From positions 83,330,001-83,394,000 of the forward strand of contig NW_024704742.1 in assembly GCF_018977255.1 (NCBI RefSeq): 64,000 nucleotides of DNA. Direction: 5' to 3'. The notes below the pieces were generated by a model. That model was not told where the DNA came from, ran no database searches, and worked only from the letters and a program-made list of their open reading frames with translations. The translations under genes were made by a program, and so were the position numbers. Origin of the DNA: Callorhinchus milii. Taxonomy: Eukaryota. Shown piece after piece: positions 13,390 to 25,824 of this stretch (positions are counted from its first letter, which is position 1; every line of letters starts with the position of its first letter).

Positions 13390-14172
13390 TGCGCCTTTTC
13401 CATGGTTGCACACTCAACTAAGCCAGTCCAGAACCTTGGGGTCTTGTTCGACCCTCAACTATCCTTCCTACCCTACATTTGCGCCATGACCTGCTCTGCC
13501 TTCTCCCACCTCCGCAACGTCACCCGGCTCCGACACTGTCTCACACGGCAGGCCACCAAAACCCTCATACATGCCTTCATTACTTCGAGGCTCAACTACG
13601 CAAACTCACTGCTTGTCGGCCTCCCCAACTCCACCCTCCACAGACTGCAGATCATCCAGAACTCTGCAGCCCGTATCCTCTCCCGCACCAGGCTCCGTGA
13701 CCTTATCACCCCATCCTCGCCCGACTCCACTGGCTTCCCATCACACAGAGGATACAGTTCAAGATCCTGGTCCTCACCTTAAAAGCCCTCCACGGTCTTT
13801 CTCCCCCCCTACCTCTCTGACCTCCTAATCCCCTACCACCCTGTTCGCTTCCTCCGCTCAGCGGGCTCTAGCCTGCTTCACGTTCCCCGCCTTGCTTGCC
13901 CCACTATCAATGGGCGGGCCTTCTGCCACTCTGCACCTACCCTCTGGAACTCCATCCCGCAGTCCCTCCGTCTCGCCCCCTCCCTCGCCATCTTCAAGAC
14001 TCATCTCAAGACCCTCCTCTTCGACCGTGCTTTTGATCTCCCTGCTTCATCCCCTGCCCTCCACCCTCCCCCACCTCGACCCTCAGCTTGAGTCCGAAAC
14101 TCTGTCTGTCCAGTGCCTTGAGACGTCCTCCCGACGTGAAAGGCGCTATATAAATGTAATTTTGTTGTTGCT
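13390..14172 (+). mobile_element. L2 LINE 3' fragment, second subfamily
   Basis: NLGVLFDPQLSF...HAFITSRLNYANSLLVG...IQNSAARIL, with 3' stem-loop and GTT tail. Confidence 0.9.
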
Positions 14173-15352
14173 GTTTTCCAGTTCTGTATGTTCCTGGGAC
14201 ATTGTATTATAAGGCGCATTAAGACAGCCATGCACAAAAAAATGCAGCAAAGGTGGAAGTTCGTTTTATTCTCAGGCCCTCCCTGAGAAGATGTCCAGCG
14301 GCCCTTCGTGAGAAGGGAGCAAAGGGATCAATCAGCTGCAGTTACGTCAGTCAAGGTTCACAGAAAAGCCCCTGAAAATACATGAGGCAAAGGTCTTTTG
14401 AGGCACAAGATACCTGAGGATACTGCTTTGACATGTGGCAGTCGAGACGCTGGAGACACAAGATGATTACCACTGGAGTCAGTTGATGGAAAGAGCAGAC
14501 GAGGAACTGAAAAGGCCCTTGAATCAGTGTGAAATGTGTTCTTTGGGGAGCTCATACTAAGAAATAACCAAAAGAATGACAATGCAAGACAAAATCCTCC
14601 TCTCACAAAAAGCCCTTGATAGACCATCATTAACCTCTACTGAGAAAAACTATAGCTAGCAAACAGCAACCATGAAATTAATCTGCACATTGAAAGCATT
14701 GAGGCTACTGAGGAATGGACTTAAGATCATGTCACTGCCTACAAAATAAAATGGCTTTGGTCATGCTTCAGTTCAGTTGAACAATCTCAAGGAAAAAACA
14801 GATGAAACTCAGAATGATTGAAAACCCCAAATAAGTACCCTAACCGGAAATGGCTGATATAATACTTTCATTTGACAAAAATCCTGTGTGTCAATTTAGA
14901 ATTAAATTGGCACTGTGTGCCATTTGATATTGGAAGCCACATTTGTGTGTCGTAGCACCCTCCCCACCCCACCCACCTTCCCCTCCAGCACTGCTCTCAC
15001 GAGATATATTGAATGGACCAATAAATTGATGCGTTAATAGAACAATGAATGGATTATCAATCCAATACAAAATATCCCGTTGTTTGATATGTGGAGATAT
15101 GCTTTTATTCGGGGGTGAGAGGCTATGAACTGATCTTCTAGGAGAATGAGTCTCCTGCTGCTCTCTCACCTGTAGAGAAACAACCACCCTCAGGATGGTG
15201 CTAAGTTCATAGCAGTGCGCCTGGTCAAACACCTGGTTCTCCACAGTTATGGTGTCTGCTAGCGGGGCTTTAACATGCAGTGACAACTTGCCCTCTCTGA
15301 TTGCCCAGTGCTTATCTGGAGACAAAAATGTGATTGTCTGTTTGGAGATCCA

Positions 15353-15740
15353 TCAACAACAACAAATTACATTTGTTTAGCGATTTTCACGATGGGAGAA
15401 TATCCCAAAGTGCTGTACAGTCAGTGTTTGACCAGGCGCACTGTTATGAACATAGCACCATCCTGAGGGTGGTTTTTTCTCTACAGGTGAGAGAACCAAA
15501 CTGGAGATTGGGATCAGGAGGGAGGGAGGGTAGGGGTAGGTGGGTTACCGAAGTCGAGGTTGAAGAGGAAGGTCTTGATATGGGCCTTGAAGAAGGCAAG
15601 GGAGGGGCGGGGCAAAGGAACTGTGGGATTGAGTTCCAAAGGGTGGGGACAGAAAGGCTGAAGACCCAACTGCCAATGGTGGGGTGGGCCGGGCAGGGGA
15701 CATGATCCAGGGAGGTTTTCCATGGCCAGGTTAAACCCAG
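15353..15740 (-). mobile_element. diverged L2 3' fragment containing a 70-bp foreign insert
   Basis: caacaacaacaaattacatttg tail and purine-rich L2 3' UTR on either side of 15424-15493. Confidence 0.75.
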
Positions 15741-15759
15741 CTGGTATGCACATAAAATA

Positions 15760-16329
15760 CAGTGGAAATCTCTTTAACTGGACACTCGGTTGCCGTGTAA
15801 ACTGATCAAAACTTTTGGCCCTGATTCATTTGCATTCTAACTCATTTTAAATATGCCAGTTAATCCATACAGCAATCCGGTTAATCTGGAAAAATGCAGC
15901 TCTGGTCACATCTGAATGCATTCATTCACACCTACTGTGTCTCAAGCAGCTTCAGGATGGAGATGGGAAATTGTGATTGATTGACAGCGGCCTCAAGCCA
16001 CTCACAAACAGTTGGAGTGGTGCTGTCAATCAATGAGGGGCAGAGGAATGAGGAAGAAACAAGGGAGGGAGTGGGAGGAGTCAAATCACAATTGATTGAC
16101 AAGTGAGCCACTTGCAAATGGGTGGAACCCATCCATTCACAAGTGGGTTCAGGCTGTCAATCACCTCAGAGCCGTCGCTACTCGATCCCCTTTCCATTCA
16201 AAGGGAATGGCAATGGAATGCCACTGCCGCTCCTCTGCTGGGTGGGAAAAGGTAATTGGTTAACCTTGGATGCCACTTAAGCCGGACAAACATCTGGCTC
16301 CCTTGTTCCGTCTTAACTGGCTTCCACTG
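15760..16329. mobile_element. non-autonomous Tigger/pogo-like DNA transposon
   Basis: Imperfect TIRs ta-cagtggaaatctctttaac ... cttaactggcttccactg, with subterminal gttaa repeats. Confidence 0.55.
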
Positions 16330-17859
16330 TCATTTGAAATAGAGCCTGAGAATGAGTCATATATCCCCAAAATGTCCTAATTCCAATACTGGTAAGTGCT
16401 AATGCTGTACTTTGGGTTGGCTGGTTGCCATTGTGGTCTTTATGTCCCAAAGAGGTGTTTTTGGTCAGGCAGTTGTCTGGCACATGTGGAAACTCATCAC
16501 AATGATTAACAGTATTCAAACCAGATTGAGATTTCCACATATGTATGCCAACCACACATGGAAATTTCCTCGTGTCTGGAATGGAATGCAGATTAACAAG
16601 AGCCAAGGTTTGGGGGCTCTATAGCTTGTGTTGGGATACTGCTGGCGTTTAACCTACTGCAACAACAATAATTTGCATTTATATAGCGCCATTCATACCA
16701 GACTGAGTCCCGGAGCTAAAATCTGAAGAGTTCAAATCTGGAGAGGGACAGCCCCAGTGAGTGAGGAATTCCAGTTAATGCAAGTTGTAGGTTCCAATTT
16801 AAGAGAGGAGTAAATGAAACCCCCTTGTATGTTGTGATCTCTTGGTTTGCACAGTTTAAGTGTTCTTACCACATTTTACAACTTTAGCAGCCTTACCCAT
16901 TGTAGCATATGCCAAACATTGTTATGGCCATTTGTCCCACAAGTCTCGTTTTGAATGCTTGTAATTTAATTTATTTTTTTAAAGTGCATGGCTACCAGTT
17001 CTCAGTTTACTGCAAATGGTATACTGTCTGCCTTTCTGTCCTGTCACTAAATTGATCCAATACGTTGGTGAAGAGAAGGTTAATGTGCTCTATATTGATT
17101 ACTATTAGGGTTAAATTTGCCATATTACACTTTCACTCAGTGAAATCCTTAAGGAGCCTTTATAGGACTCTGAGCAAGATGGATTTGTTCAAAAACAGCT
17201 TGAGCTGTTTTCTCCCCAACTTGATAAGGAATTAAACTTCCATTTATTATCCTGAGACTTGAGAGTTTTCTAAAATTGGACTATTGTCACTGGAAAAATT
17301 GATAGTTCTCTGAACAGTATCGTGGAAGAATTCTTTAGGTGACAGTTTTTCAACAAAACTGCGAAAGGATTTGTTGCCAGCGGCTGCCCTCATTTATTTT
17401 AAGCGTTCAGGTTTATTGCTTTTTTTTGTATGAAAAAAATGGCTTGTGATAAATACTATTGACTGGCACCAGCAACTGAATTCAATTCGCTCGCTTGCTG
17501 TTGTGAAAATAAGTGTTAATGCAATGGAAAGGCTGTTACTTAACAGCTAAGGTACATTAGCCCATACTGATGCAGGGATCAGGGTCAGTAAAATAATGGA
17601 CTTAATTTGACAAAAATAAACATACGTCAAAGAGGCTTGTGTCAAGACAGCATTAACAATAACCCAGCAGACTGGAGAATTAAACCTTTCCACTGGTTTC
17701 ATCCATGTGAGAGGCAGATTACATACATTTAGATTCTATTTCAGAGATTACAATAATAATAATCCTTACATTTGATGTAAAGTCTTTACAAAGATTTACA
17801 TAGACTATTCAGCATGGAAACAGGTCAATTGGTCCAGCCAGTCCATGCTAGTTGTTCAT

Positions 17860-18112
17860 ACTCCAGCTTTTAAGGGAATTTAGGAGGAACTAAAGTACTT
17901 CACAAAGAGGGTAGCAAGATTGTGGAACTCGTTGCCTGAAACGGTGATTGAATCAGATAGTATAGATGCACTTAAGAGGAAGCTAGACATTCACATGAGG
18001 GAGAGGCGAATAGAAGTGTGCCGGAGGGAGTAAGTAGTGGGTGAAGACTCAAATTGGAGTGTAAATAACGGCCCAGATTGGGCCAGGTGGCCTGTTTCTG
18101 TGCTGTACATTT
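17860..18112 (+). mobile_element. old CR1 3' fragment
   Basis: tacttcacaaagagggtagcaagattgtggaactcgttgcc...gaggaagctagac...tggcctgtttctgtgctgta. Confidence 0.7.
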
Positions 18113-18810
18113 TTGCAAATGTCTTGTTACAAAAAACCCTGTAAAGTGATCCTCCCAGGTTCTTAGGATGCTAAGCAACTAATTAAAATGCGTTAGCAGA
18201 AACAATACTATCAGGTACACAAAATACTCAACAATTGTAAGGAACTAGAGAAAATTCGTCTACATCACCAATCTGTTTCTGTCATGCAATTATGATATAC
18301 TGCAGTACATGTAGAATTCTGCTCTTGTACCAGCCCTTCCGATTACCCCTTTACATGTTATGTTAAAACCTGTTTGGGCAATATAGTGCTGGAACATCAG
18401 CATCCAGTGTACCACAGAGTAATGTGAGGCAGGGTCGATCACCCAGCCAGATATCCAATCACAGCCCAGGGTTACTTCAAGAAGGAAGTGCAGTGAAGCC
18501 AAGCAACATCTCATGGAGAGGAAAATCAGAGGGAACTACAACCCTTATTTATTCACTAGTGGCATTGTGGAGGCTGGGGAGCAGTACACAGCACCCAGAA
18601 CTGCATGGCTCAGAGAGATCAGACAGTGAATTCAGATATGGTGGAAAAAGATATGGTGATTCTGTGGCACTATTCCAAAAGGGAAGGGAATTTCTCCTGG
18701 TGTCCTGGCCAACAATCCCTCCAAGATAAAATTGGTCATTCACACCATGGCTGTTTGAGAGACATTGCTGTACGCAAACTGGCCACTGCATTCACCCACG
18801 AAACATGCAT

Positions 18811-19133
18811 AGAGTCCTGTAACTCAGTGGTTAGAGCACTCACATCACAAGCGAGAGAACCTGAGTTTCCTTATTCCAGATGCCCAACACTAAGTAGGAA
18901 CCCAGTTGTTAGTCGATTGGCAGATCGCTTTTCTGGGGGTAATAATGCCTTCAAAAACAAACAATAATTTGGTCACTTTTTACTGTTTGTGGGATACTGC
19001 TGTGCGAAATTGGCGACCGCATTTCACCCACAAAATATACAGTCAATTCATGTTACAGTGTATTCTGTGAAGCGCTGTGAGACGTCAAGAAGACGTGATA
19101 AGGCGCTATATCAAATGCAACAATTATTATTAT
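18811..19133 (+). mobile_element. tRNA-SINE nested in an older related SINE (~18650-19220)
   Basis: Head gagtcctgtaactcagtgg through to an (ATT)n tail. The older SINE tail resumes at 19135 (agtcgttccactttacag). Confidence 0.8.
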
Positions 19134-21933
19134 AAAGTCGTTCCACTTTACAGAAAATCTTGTAAAGCACTTTGAGATGTTTGACAATGTGCATTATATT
19201 AAATGCAGGGATGATTCTAAATGAAAGAGTAACATACTTTGGAGTACAAAACAATCTGTTGGTGACAGCCAGCCAGCTGTTAAAATTGTAAATTAGTCAA
19301 GGTTTTCCATGTAACTGTCTCGTATTTTGGATTGTTGGCTCTCGCAGTGTATGACATCATGGGAACTGCTCAATTATATTAAATCCTTGTAACTACCAGC
19401 TCCTCCTGTGCCTACATTTTGTAGCACTAATAATTGCCCTTTACATACACAGCTACAGTTAAACTGGCTTTGTGCCAGAAGAGTTTAATTCCTGTTGTTG
19501 AGCCAGTGGGAAATATTTACTCTTTTCTTGTTGAGATTTACTGCTCTGTTCCCCTCCGCCATGTCCACAGTGTCAATGGAACTAAATTAGAAACTGTTAT
19601 TTTGCACACTTGCATTTTTCACACCTGATAGGCTGGAGCACAGTCATTAAAACTACTAAAAGGCATCCAACCCAGCACCTGCCAGATAATTGTCACAGCA
19701 GGGCTTCCTCTCTGTAGATAGGTGAGTCGATAGATTCTTTCATTTTTTTTGCTATTATCTACCGCAGAAGAACAGAGACTGCACCTTTTACAAAGCAACG
19801 TCTAATTTGACACAATTGTTTGCTGTGACTCAAGTCACACAAATAGATTTTGATGTTTAGGAAGACAATGAATAAATTCCTTTTGTTGCCCAGTACTGAT
19901 CTGAGAGCGAGTCATTAATGAAATGCTGGTTTAAGGTACTCATGAGTTAAGCAATACTGCATTTTAGGCCTTTAGGGTATGCTCTGCTTACACTGTATAA
20001 AAAGCAACACCGTGAAATTAGATACACAACTGAGCTGCCATGAGGTGACAGTCTTAAACAGTTCAGAAGAATACCTTTACCGGAAACTCTCAGGAGTGGA
20101 ATTATCTGAAGAACATGCACTGTTGAACAAAGGATGTGCGACATTATGGTTGTTGTAATAAAGTTATAACAGCAGCTAATTTGTGTTATTTAACAGGAAT
20201 TCCTACAGATCGATAAATACAAGAGATCTGGAGGTGCATTGAAGAGGCAAGTACATTTCGCAATGAGGTTTAAATGTGTTTTTGCACCAACGATATCATG
20301 CTTAACAAAACTGCAGTGGGATTGAGATTAAGTGCGTCTAAACATCTCTTATGAAAGTTGCAGAGGCTAAATTATTCTTCCCAGTTCAACACTAGATTAG
20401 AACCAAAATTATGACACACTTAGACTAATCCAGGAGAACCAAGTCAAACCTCCCCTCCATTATCGCACTAGTTCGCTTTATGTATTGCGTGTCCTATGGA
20501 CCTGCATGACTAGAAGCAGTTACCCCTGGGTTCCAGCGCTGAGTAGCTGACTTCCCATGCTAAAAAATTATCAACTGCCAAGTCGTTGGGTCACTCTTAA
20601 TATCACTTCCATCCCAGAGTCTCTCTGACTCGCTTGTTCCCTCAAGGTTCGTCTGAAGATCTACCTCTTTGACAGCGCTTTCAGGCATCATTCCCAGATT
20701 TTCAAAGGGTGAGGGTGGTTTTACTTCCATTTCACGGTTATGGATTTTACACCTGAAGATCCAAAATGCTAACTGGGCAAAATTAGTTTTCCCTCCACCT
20801 GTGGGTACTCAAAACAATTACAAATTAAAATTGTTGTAACATCCACAACAGCATCAGATAAGCACATTGTGAGCAAATCACCTATGAATTTATAGTCGGC
20901 AGGGGCATAGCTCAGGTGGGTCAATTAACACCCAAACCCACCTATCATTCTCCAGGCTGCCTCGTACTTGCCATTCCACCTCTTTTCTTATTGCTTTCCA
21001 GTGTAATGAGTGTATTCGTGGGTGAGAACAACAGCCAATTTGCACACGGCAATATTTTACAAATGGCCATTTTTTTGGAAGGATTGTTGACCAAGACACC
21101 AGGAGAAATTCCCTTTTTTTTTTGGCTGATACCATGGGATATTTTATATATTATAAATATATTATAAATAACTTATATTGCATAAATCCAAGACTGTTTG
21201 CGGGACACTGGTGTGCGCAATTGTCTGCCGTGTTTCGCCCACAAAATATTTAGTCAATTCACTTTGCAGTATGTTTTGTGAAGTGCTTTGAGATGTCTCA
21301 AATACAAATATCAAAAAAATCAAAAAGCTATATCAAATGCAAGGAGTATTATATTATTATATATTTCACATCCACCTGAACAATCAGATGAGATCTCGGT
21401 TTAATGTCTCATTGGAAAGACAGCACCTCTGACAATGCAGCACACACCCAGCACTGCAATGGAGTGCCATAGACTGGGCTCAAAGAGAATGTCCTACCAA
21501 CTGAGCCAGGCTGCTTCTAGATTTAAAAAATTATATACATTTTTAAAGTTTTATGCACACAAATTAAAATCACGTCGCTCAATACGTTTCTCGAAAAGTT
21601 CTCTTATGACATTCAGAAATAATGATTTGCAGATTTTCCCCATTACATTCCCCACTCTTGAATGTACGAAAAAACATATGTGTCATAGAAGTCCGTGAAA
21701 TGAAAGCACTCAAATACTGTAGTTTTCAAAAAAAAGTTAAATTGTTTGCCTTTTATTATTTTTAGGGAATTACTTTTGAATAACTTGGTTGCTTTTTTTA
21801 TTATTTGTGGTTGCTGTCATCTTGTTTCTAGTTGTCAGAGAAACATATCAAGGTCATCATTTCTGACTTTTTTTGCGGTGGATTGAGCAATCATGCGTCA
21901 AACCCTATTATGGCTGCCTGCATTCATCAACAA

Positions 21934-22430
21934 ATAATGATAATAATAATCCTTGCATTTGATATAGTGCCTTATCACATGTTTGAGACGTCTCAAAGCG
22001 CTTCACAGGATATACTGTAAAGTGAATTGACTTGGGCAAAATATGGCAGCCAATAGCGCACAGCAGTATCCTATAAACAGTCGTGAATTGAGTGACCATT
22101 AAAACATTTTTTTGAGAGAGATTATTAACTCTGAGAACCAATTCGCCAATCAACTAACAATGCAGTGCTGGGTGTGTGCTGCATTGTTAGAGGTGTTGTC
22201 TTTCCGATGAGACATTAAACTGAGATCTCATCTGGTTGTTCAGGTGGTTGTGAAATATATAATAATAAAAGGCCACGCTGGGTTTCTACTTATTGGGTTC
22301 CTATTTACTGCGAGGGAAACAGAGACGTGTGGAGTAAGGAATCTTGCCTAAGGTTTCACCCTGCCCAATAATTGAACTCGGGTCCTTTCACTTGCGAGTT
22401 GAGTGGTCTAACCATTACACTATAGGACTC
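21934..22430 (-). mobile_element. tRNA-SINE interrupted by a ~110-bp inverted local copy
   Basis: SINE consensus is broken at gccaatcaactaacaa and resumes at ctgggtttctactt. Confidence 0.8.
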
Positions 22431-23440
22431 CAAATCAAGATCCAATCACCCTACTTCACTCCTAGTTCACTCCTTCAACTGGCTTACTCTTACATCAGGA
22501 GTTTAAAAAATGGACGAACTTGCCATTTGGAAGCAATAAATCATTGAGTCTCTTTTTCACACATTCCTCCTCTATTGAAGATACTGATGCTGGTTGGGAA
22601 ATTGTTCAAAAGGATGCTATATAGGCCGCCCCTTGCCCTCATCTGATAGACATAAATGTACAAGTCCCTAAAACCATTTGTAGCTAACCCCATCCACCAT
22701 CCGAATGAGTGATATTTGCTGTGCACAACTGGCTGCCTCTTATCTCTACAAAATATTTAGTGAATTCACTTTATAGTATATTCTGTGAAGCGCTTTGATA
22801 CGTCTCGAAGACGTGATCAGGGCCTATATCAAATGCAAGGATTATTAGTATTACTTCTTAATGTGTAATAGTATTATTGGAGAATAGTAGTAATATAGTA
22901 TTATTACTCTTATTTAGCACAGGAGATCAAACATAGAAAGAAAACAACAGAAAAGCCGGGCTGGGAATTGAACTGCCTCAAGCTTAGTTCTTCATTCGGA
23001 ACCATGTGCTTTTCTCATTCAGATTACGATTCTGAAAATAGCAAACATCATCATCAAAATAAATGGATTCCAGATGCATAAACTTATCAAGGCCTTCAAA
23101 TCTTCTACAAATAAAAAGTCTTTGTTATTTTAAAAGAGGGCTTGAGTTGCAGGAGAATCTTACACAGCAAATACCATAGGGGGGGTTGAGATTATTCAAC
23201 AGTACATCATGGATCCATCAGTGATTTTTGTATAATGATTTTGAACGCTTTAAATGTTTTTATGCGTTTCCCCTTTCATCATAAATGTATAATCCTTGCA
23301 TTGCCATTTTTTGATCCCTCCAGAGTACTTGTTAAATCCCAGCTAAGAGCCACATGCTTTGGGTTCATCATTCTCTTTGACACTTTTGATCCAGCTAAAA
23401 CATGAATAAAACAGATCTTGGCTGAACCACTAATACAGAA

Positions 23441-23810
23441 TAGTCCTTTAGCTCAGTGGTTAGCGCTCTCACCTTGCAAGTGAGAGAACCTGGTTCTATT
23501 TCCAGCAGGGCAAAACATTGGGCAAATTTCCTTACTCCACGTGCCTCTTTACCTAGCAGTAAGTAGGAACCCGGTTGTTAGTTGATTGGCGGATCGCTTT
23601 TCTGGAGGTAATAATTCCTTCAAAATAAAAATAATAATAATTAGATCACTCAATCTACGAATGTTTGTGGGATACTAATGTGCGCAATTGGCTGTCACAT
23701 TTCGCCTACAAAATATGCAGTCAATTCACTTTACAGTATATTTTGTGAAGTGCTTTGAGACGTCTCGAAGACGTGATAAGGCGCTATATCAAATGCAAGG
23801 ATTGTTATTT
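23441..23810 (+). mobile_element. full-length tRNA-SINE
   Basis: Head, body and L2-like tail all present. Confidence 0.9.
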
Positions 23811-24859
23811 CTTTGTTTGCCCTCTGGAGGGTCCATTTCCTGCGCTCTTGTGTCATATGGTCCTCATAAATTCATGGTACCCTGGAGCCAGAACTGTGAT
23901 CTTCACACCTCAGCACTATTAAACATAACACATTGGGTCACCAAATCAATGCTAGTTCAATGGTCAAGGTGCCCCTTAATTCCAAATGACGGTTGTTTGA
24001 TAGTTGATAGAGAGAAATTAATTCACCTGATTAGTGATTCAGTAATTAAAGTATATCGATTTACCAAAAAAGCAAAGGTGGAAGATTGGGAGAATTCTTT
24101 TTACAGAGTTACTAGGATCTGCTGGGTGTGGTAGTTGAGATAGGATCAAATATTAGCTTTTAAGAGGTAACTGGCTAGATATCTAAAAATAAATGGCTTA
24201 CAGGGATATGGGGAAAAGGCAAAAAGGAATTGGACTGAACAATTGCTCTTCTACTCAGCACTGACACGATGGGCCTAATGCTCACCTCCCCTGAAAACAC
24301 TTTGAGGTTGGCCAAAACTGACTCACTTACCTGTACCTATTCACGATCGCGTTGACGTTTTCAACCCCCACAGCCCGCCCACTGACTGATGGCAGTCCAG
24401 TCCATCAATAAAAGCCATGATGGGAGGAGCAGAGCCAAGTCAGCCAAATCCTGACCTTCCCCTCCACACCCAACCCAATCCTTTGACCCCAGATCCACCC
24501 CTGCTGAGAAGGTATTAAAATGTTCAAGGTTCAAAGGCTTACTCTTTAGAGGTACAATACCAATGGGGTGCTATAGCTCAAACTCTGTTCTAAGTGCAGT
24601 CTGGCCTCTGGATATTTTAGCTGAAATTGTGGAAAAGAACACATTTGCGGTTTTAACGTTTGATGTACAACATGATCTTAATGGGATTGAGTAACAATAA
24701 CTTGCATTTATTTAGCAACTTTCAAGTAAAAATAAACTCTTGAAATGCTTTATTGACCATAAATCAAATAGCATTGAAAATGAGTGTTGTTAAATATGCA
24801 AACCAGGCAGCTAATCTGCTCCAACAAAATCCCATAAACAATGAGATGAGTGGCTGAAG

Positions 24860-25255
24860 TATCAACCTGGCTCTGCTCGTAGTACTCTTGCCTCTGAGTC
24901 GGAAGCATTGTGGGTTGAAGCACCATGCTGGAACTTTGAGCGCAAAGGCAAGTCTGTGCAAAGCTGGGGGAGTGCTTGTGGCAGGTGTCATCCTTCAAAT
25001 GAGATTTTAAACCAAGATCCTGTCTGCTTGTTCAGGTGGACGTCAAAGAGAAGGAAGTTTCTTCTGGTGATTTGGTCAACAATCCCTCAGATAACTTGGT
25101 CAGACATTTCATGGATGCTTTTGGGACATTGTGTGTAAATCGGCTTCCGCGTTCATCGACAAATACACAGTCACGACACTTCACAATAAAATCTTGCAAA
25201 GCACTTTGAGTGTTTTGACGTTATGATAGGACTCTGTATTAATCAATTTATTATT
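24860..25255 (+). mobile_element. old Deu-domain-type SINE (SacSINE1-like)
   Basis: actcttgcctctgagtcggaag...gtgggttgaagc...gagattttaaaccaagatcctgtctgcttgttcaggtggacgtcaaaga. Family name recalled from memory. Confidence 0.6.
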
Positions 25256-25484
25256 CAGTTAAACTTGGGACAAATTAGGGTTAGGAGGGAAATGTAAACC
25301 AAGATAACCAGGAGAAAGATTCCATATTTTTTTTCTCAAACAGCAAAAGTTGGTATCTTTATGTCTACTTGATCACAAGGCAGACAGAATCTAAATTAAT
25401 ATCCATAATCAAAGAATGGGATGCTGATCCAGAATAAATAATAAAATTGCATACAATGTAGAATCTTAAGTAGGTAACATACAT

Positions 25485-25675
25485 ATAGTAAACCTCACGT
25501 AAGTTGTATCAGTTGGGAGCCTACATATAATATATCTTACGCAAAGTACAAATTATGTCAAACTTTGCATAGAGTATAAACTCTTGAACGGGACTTGGGC
25601 AGTAGCTCAAACTCTGTTCTAAGTGCAGACTTGGGCAAACTTATATGATTTATAAAATCAGACTGTTTTCTGTAT
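25485..25675. mobile_element. Tigger/pogo-like MITE (inverse copy of 6070-6243) with a templated insert
   Basis: Aligns by eye to the reverse complement of 6070-6243. Confidence 0.6.
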
Positions 25676-25824
25676 ATATATATGATTGAAAAAGAAATGT
25701 AGTCAAAGCAGATGTGGTAAGAAACACGCATTTCATAATACAGCTGATTGATTACAGACCTTTTGGAGAAATCTTTTGCATTAGACTATTATTGAAACAA
25801 AATCTACAGAATTGGAACAAAAGA

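Noticed and set aside
14891..15705. Two opposite-strand ORFs sharing VFDQAHCYExSTILRVVxSLQVRE, suggesting a gene duplication
   Set aside because: Simply the two arms of the 70-bp inverted repeat; no splice or homology support.
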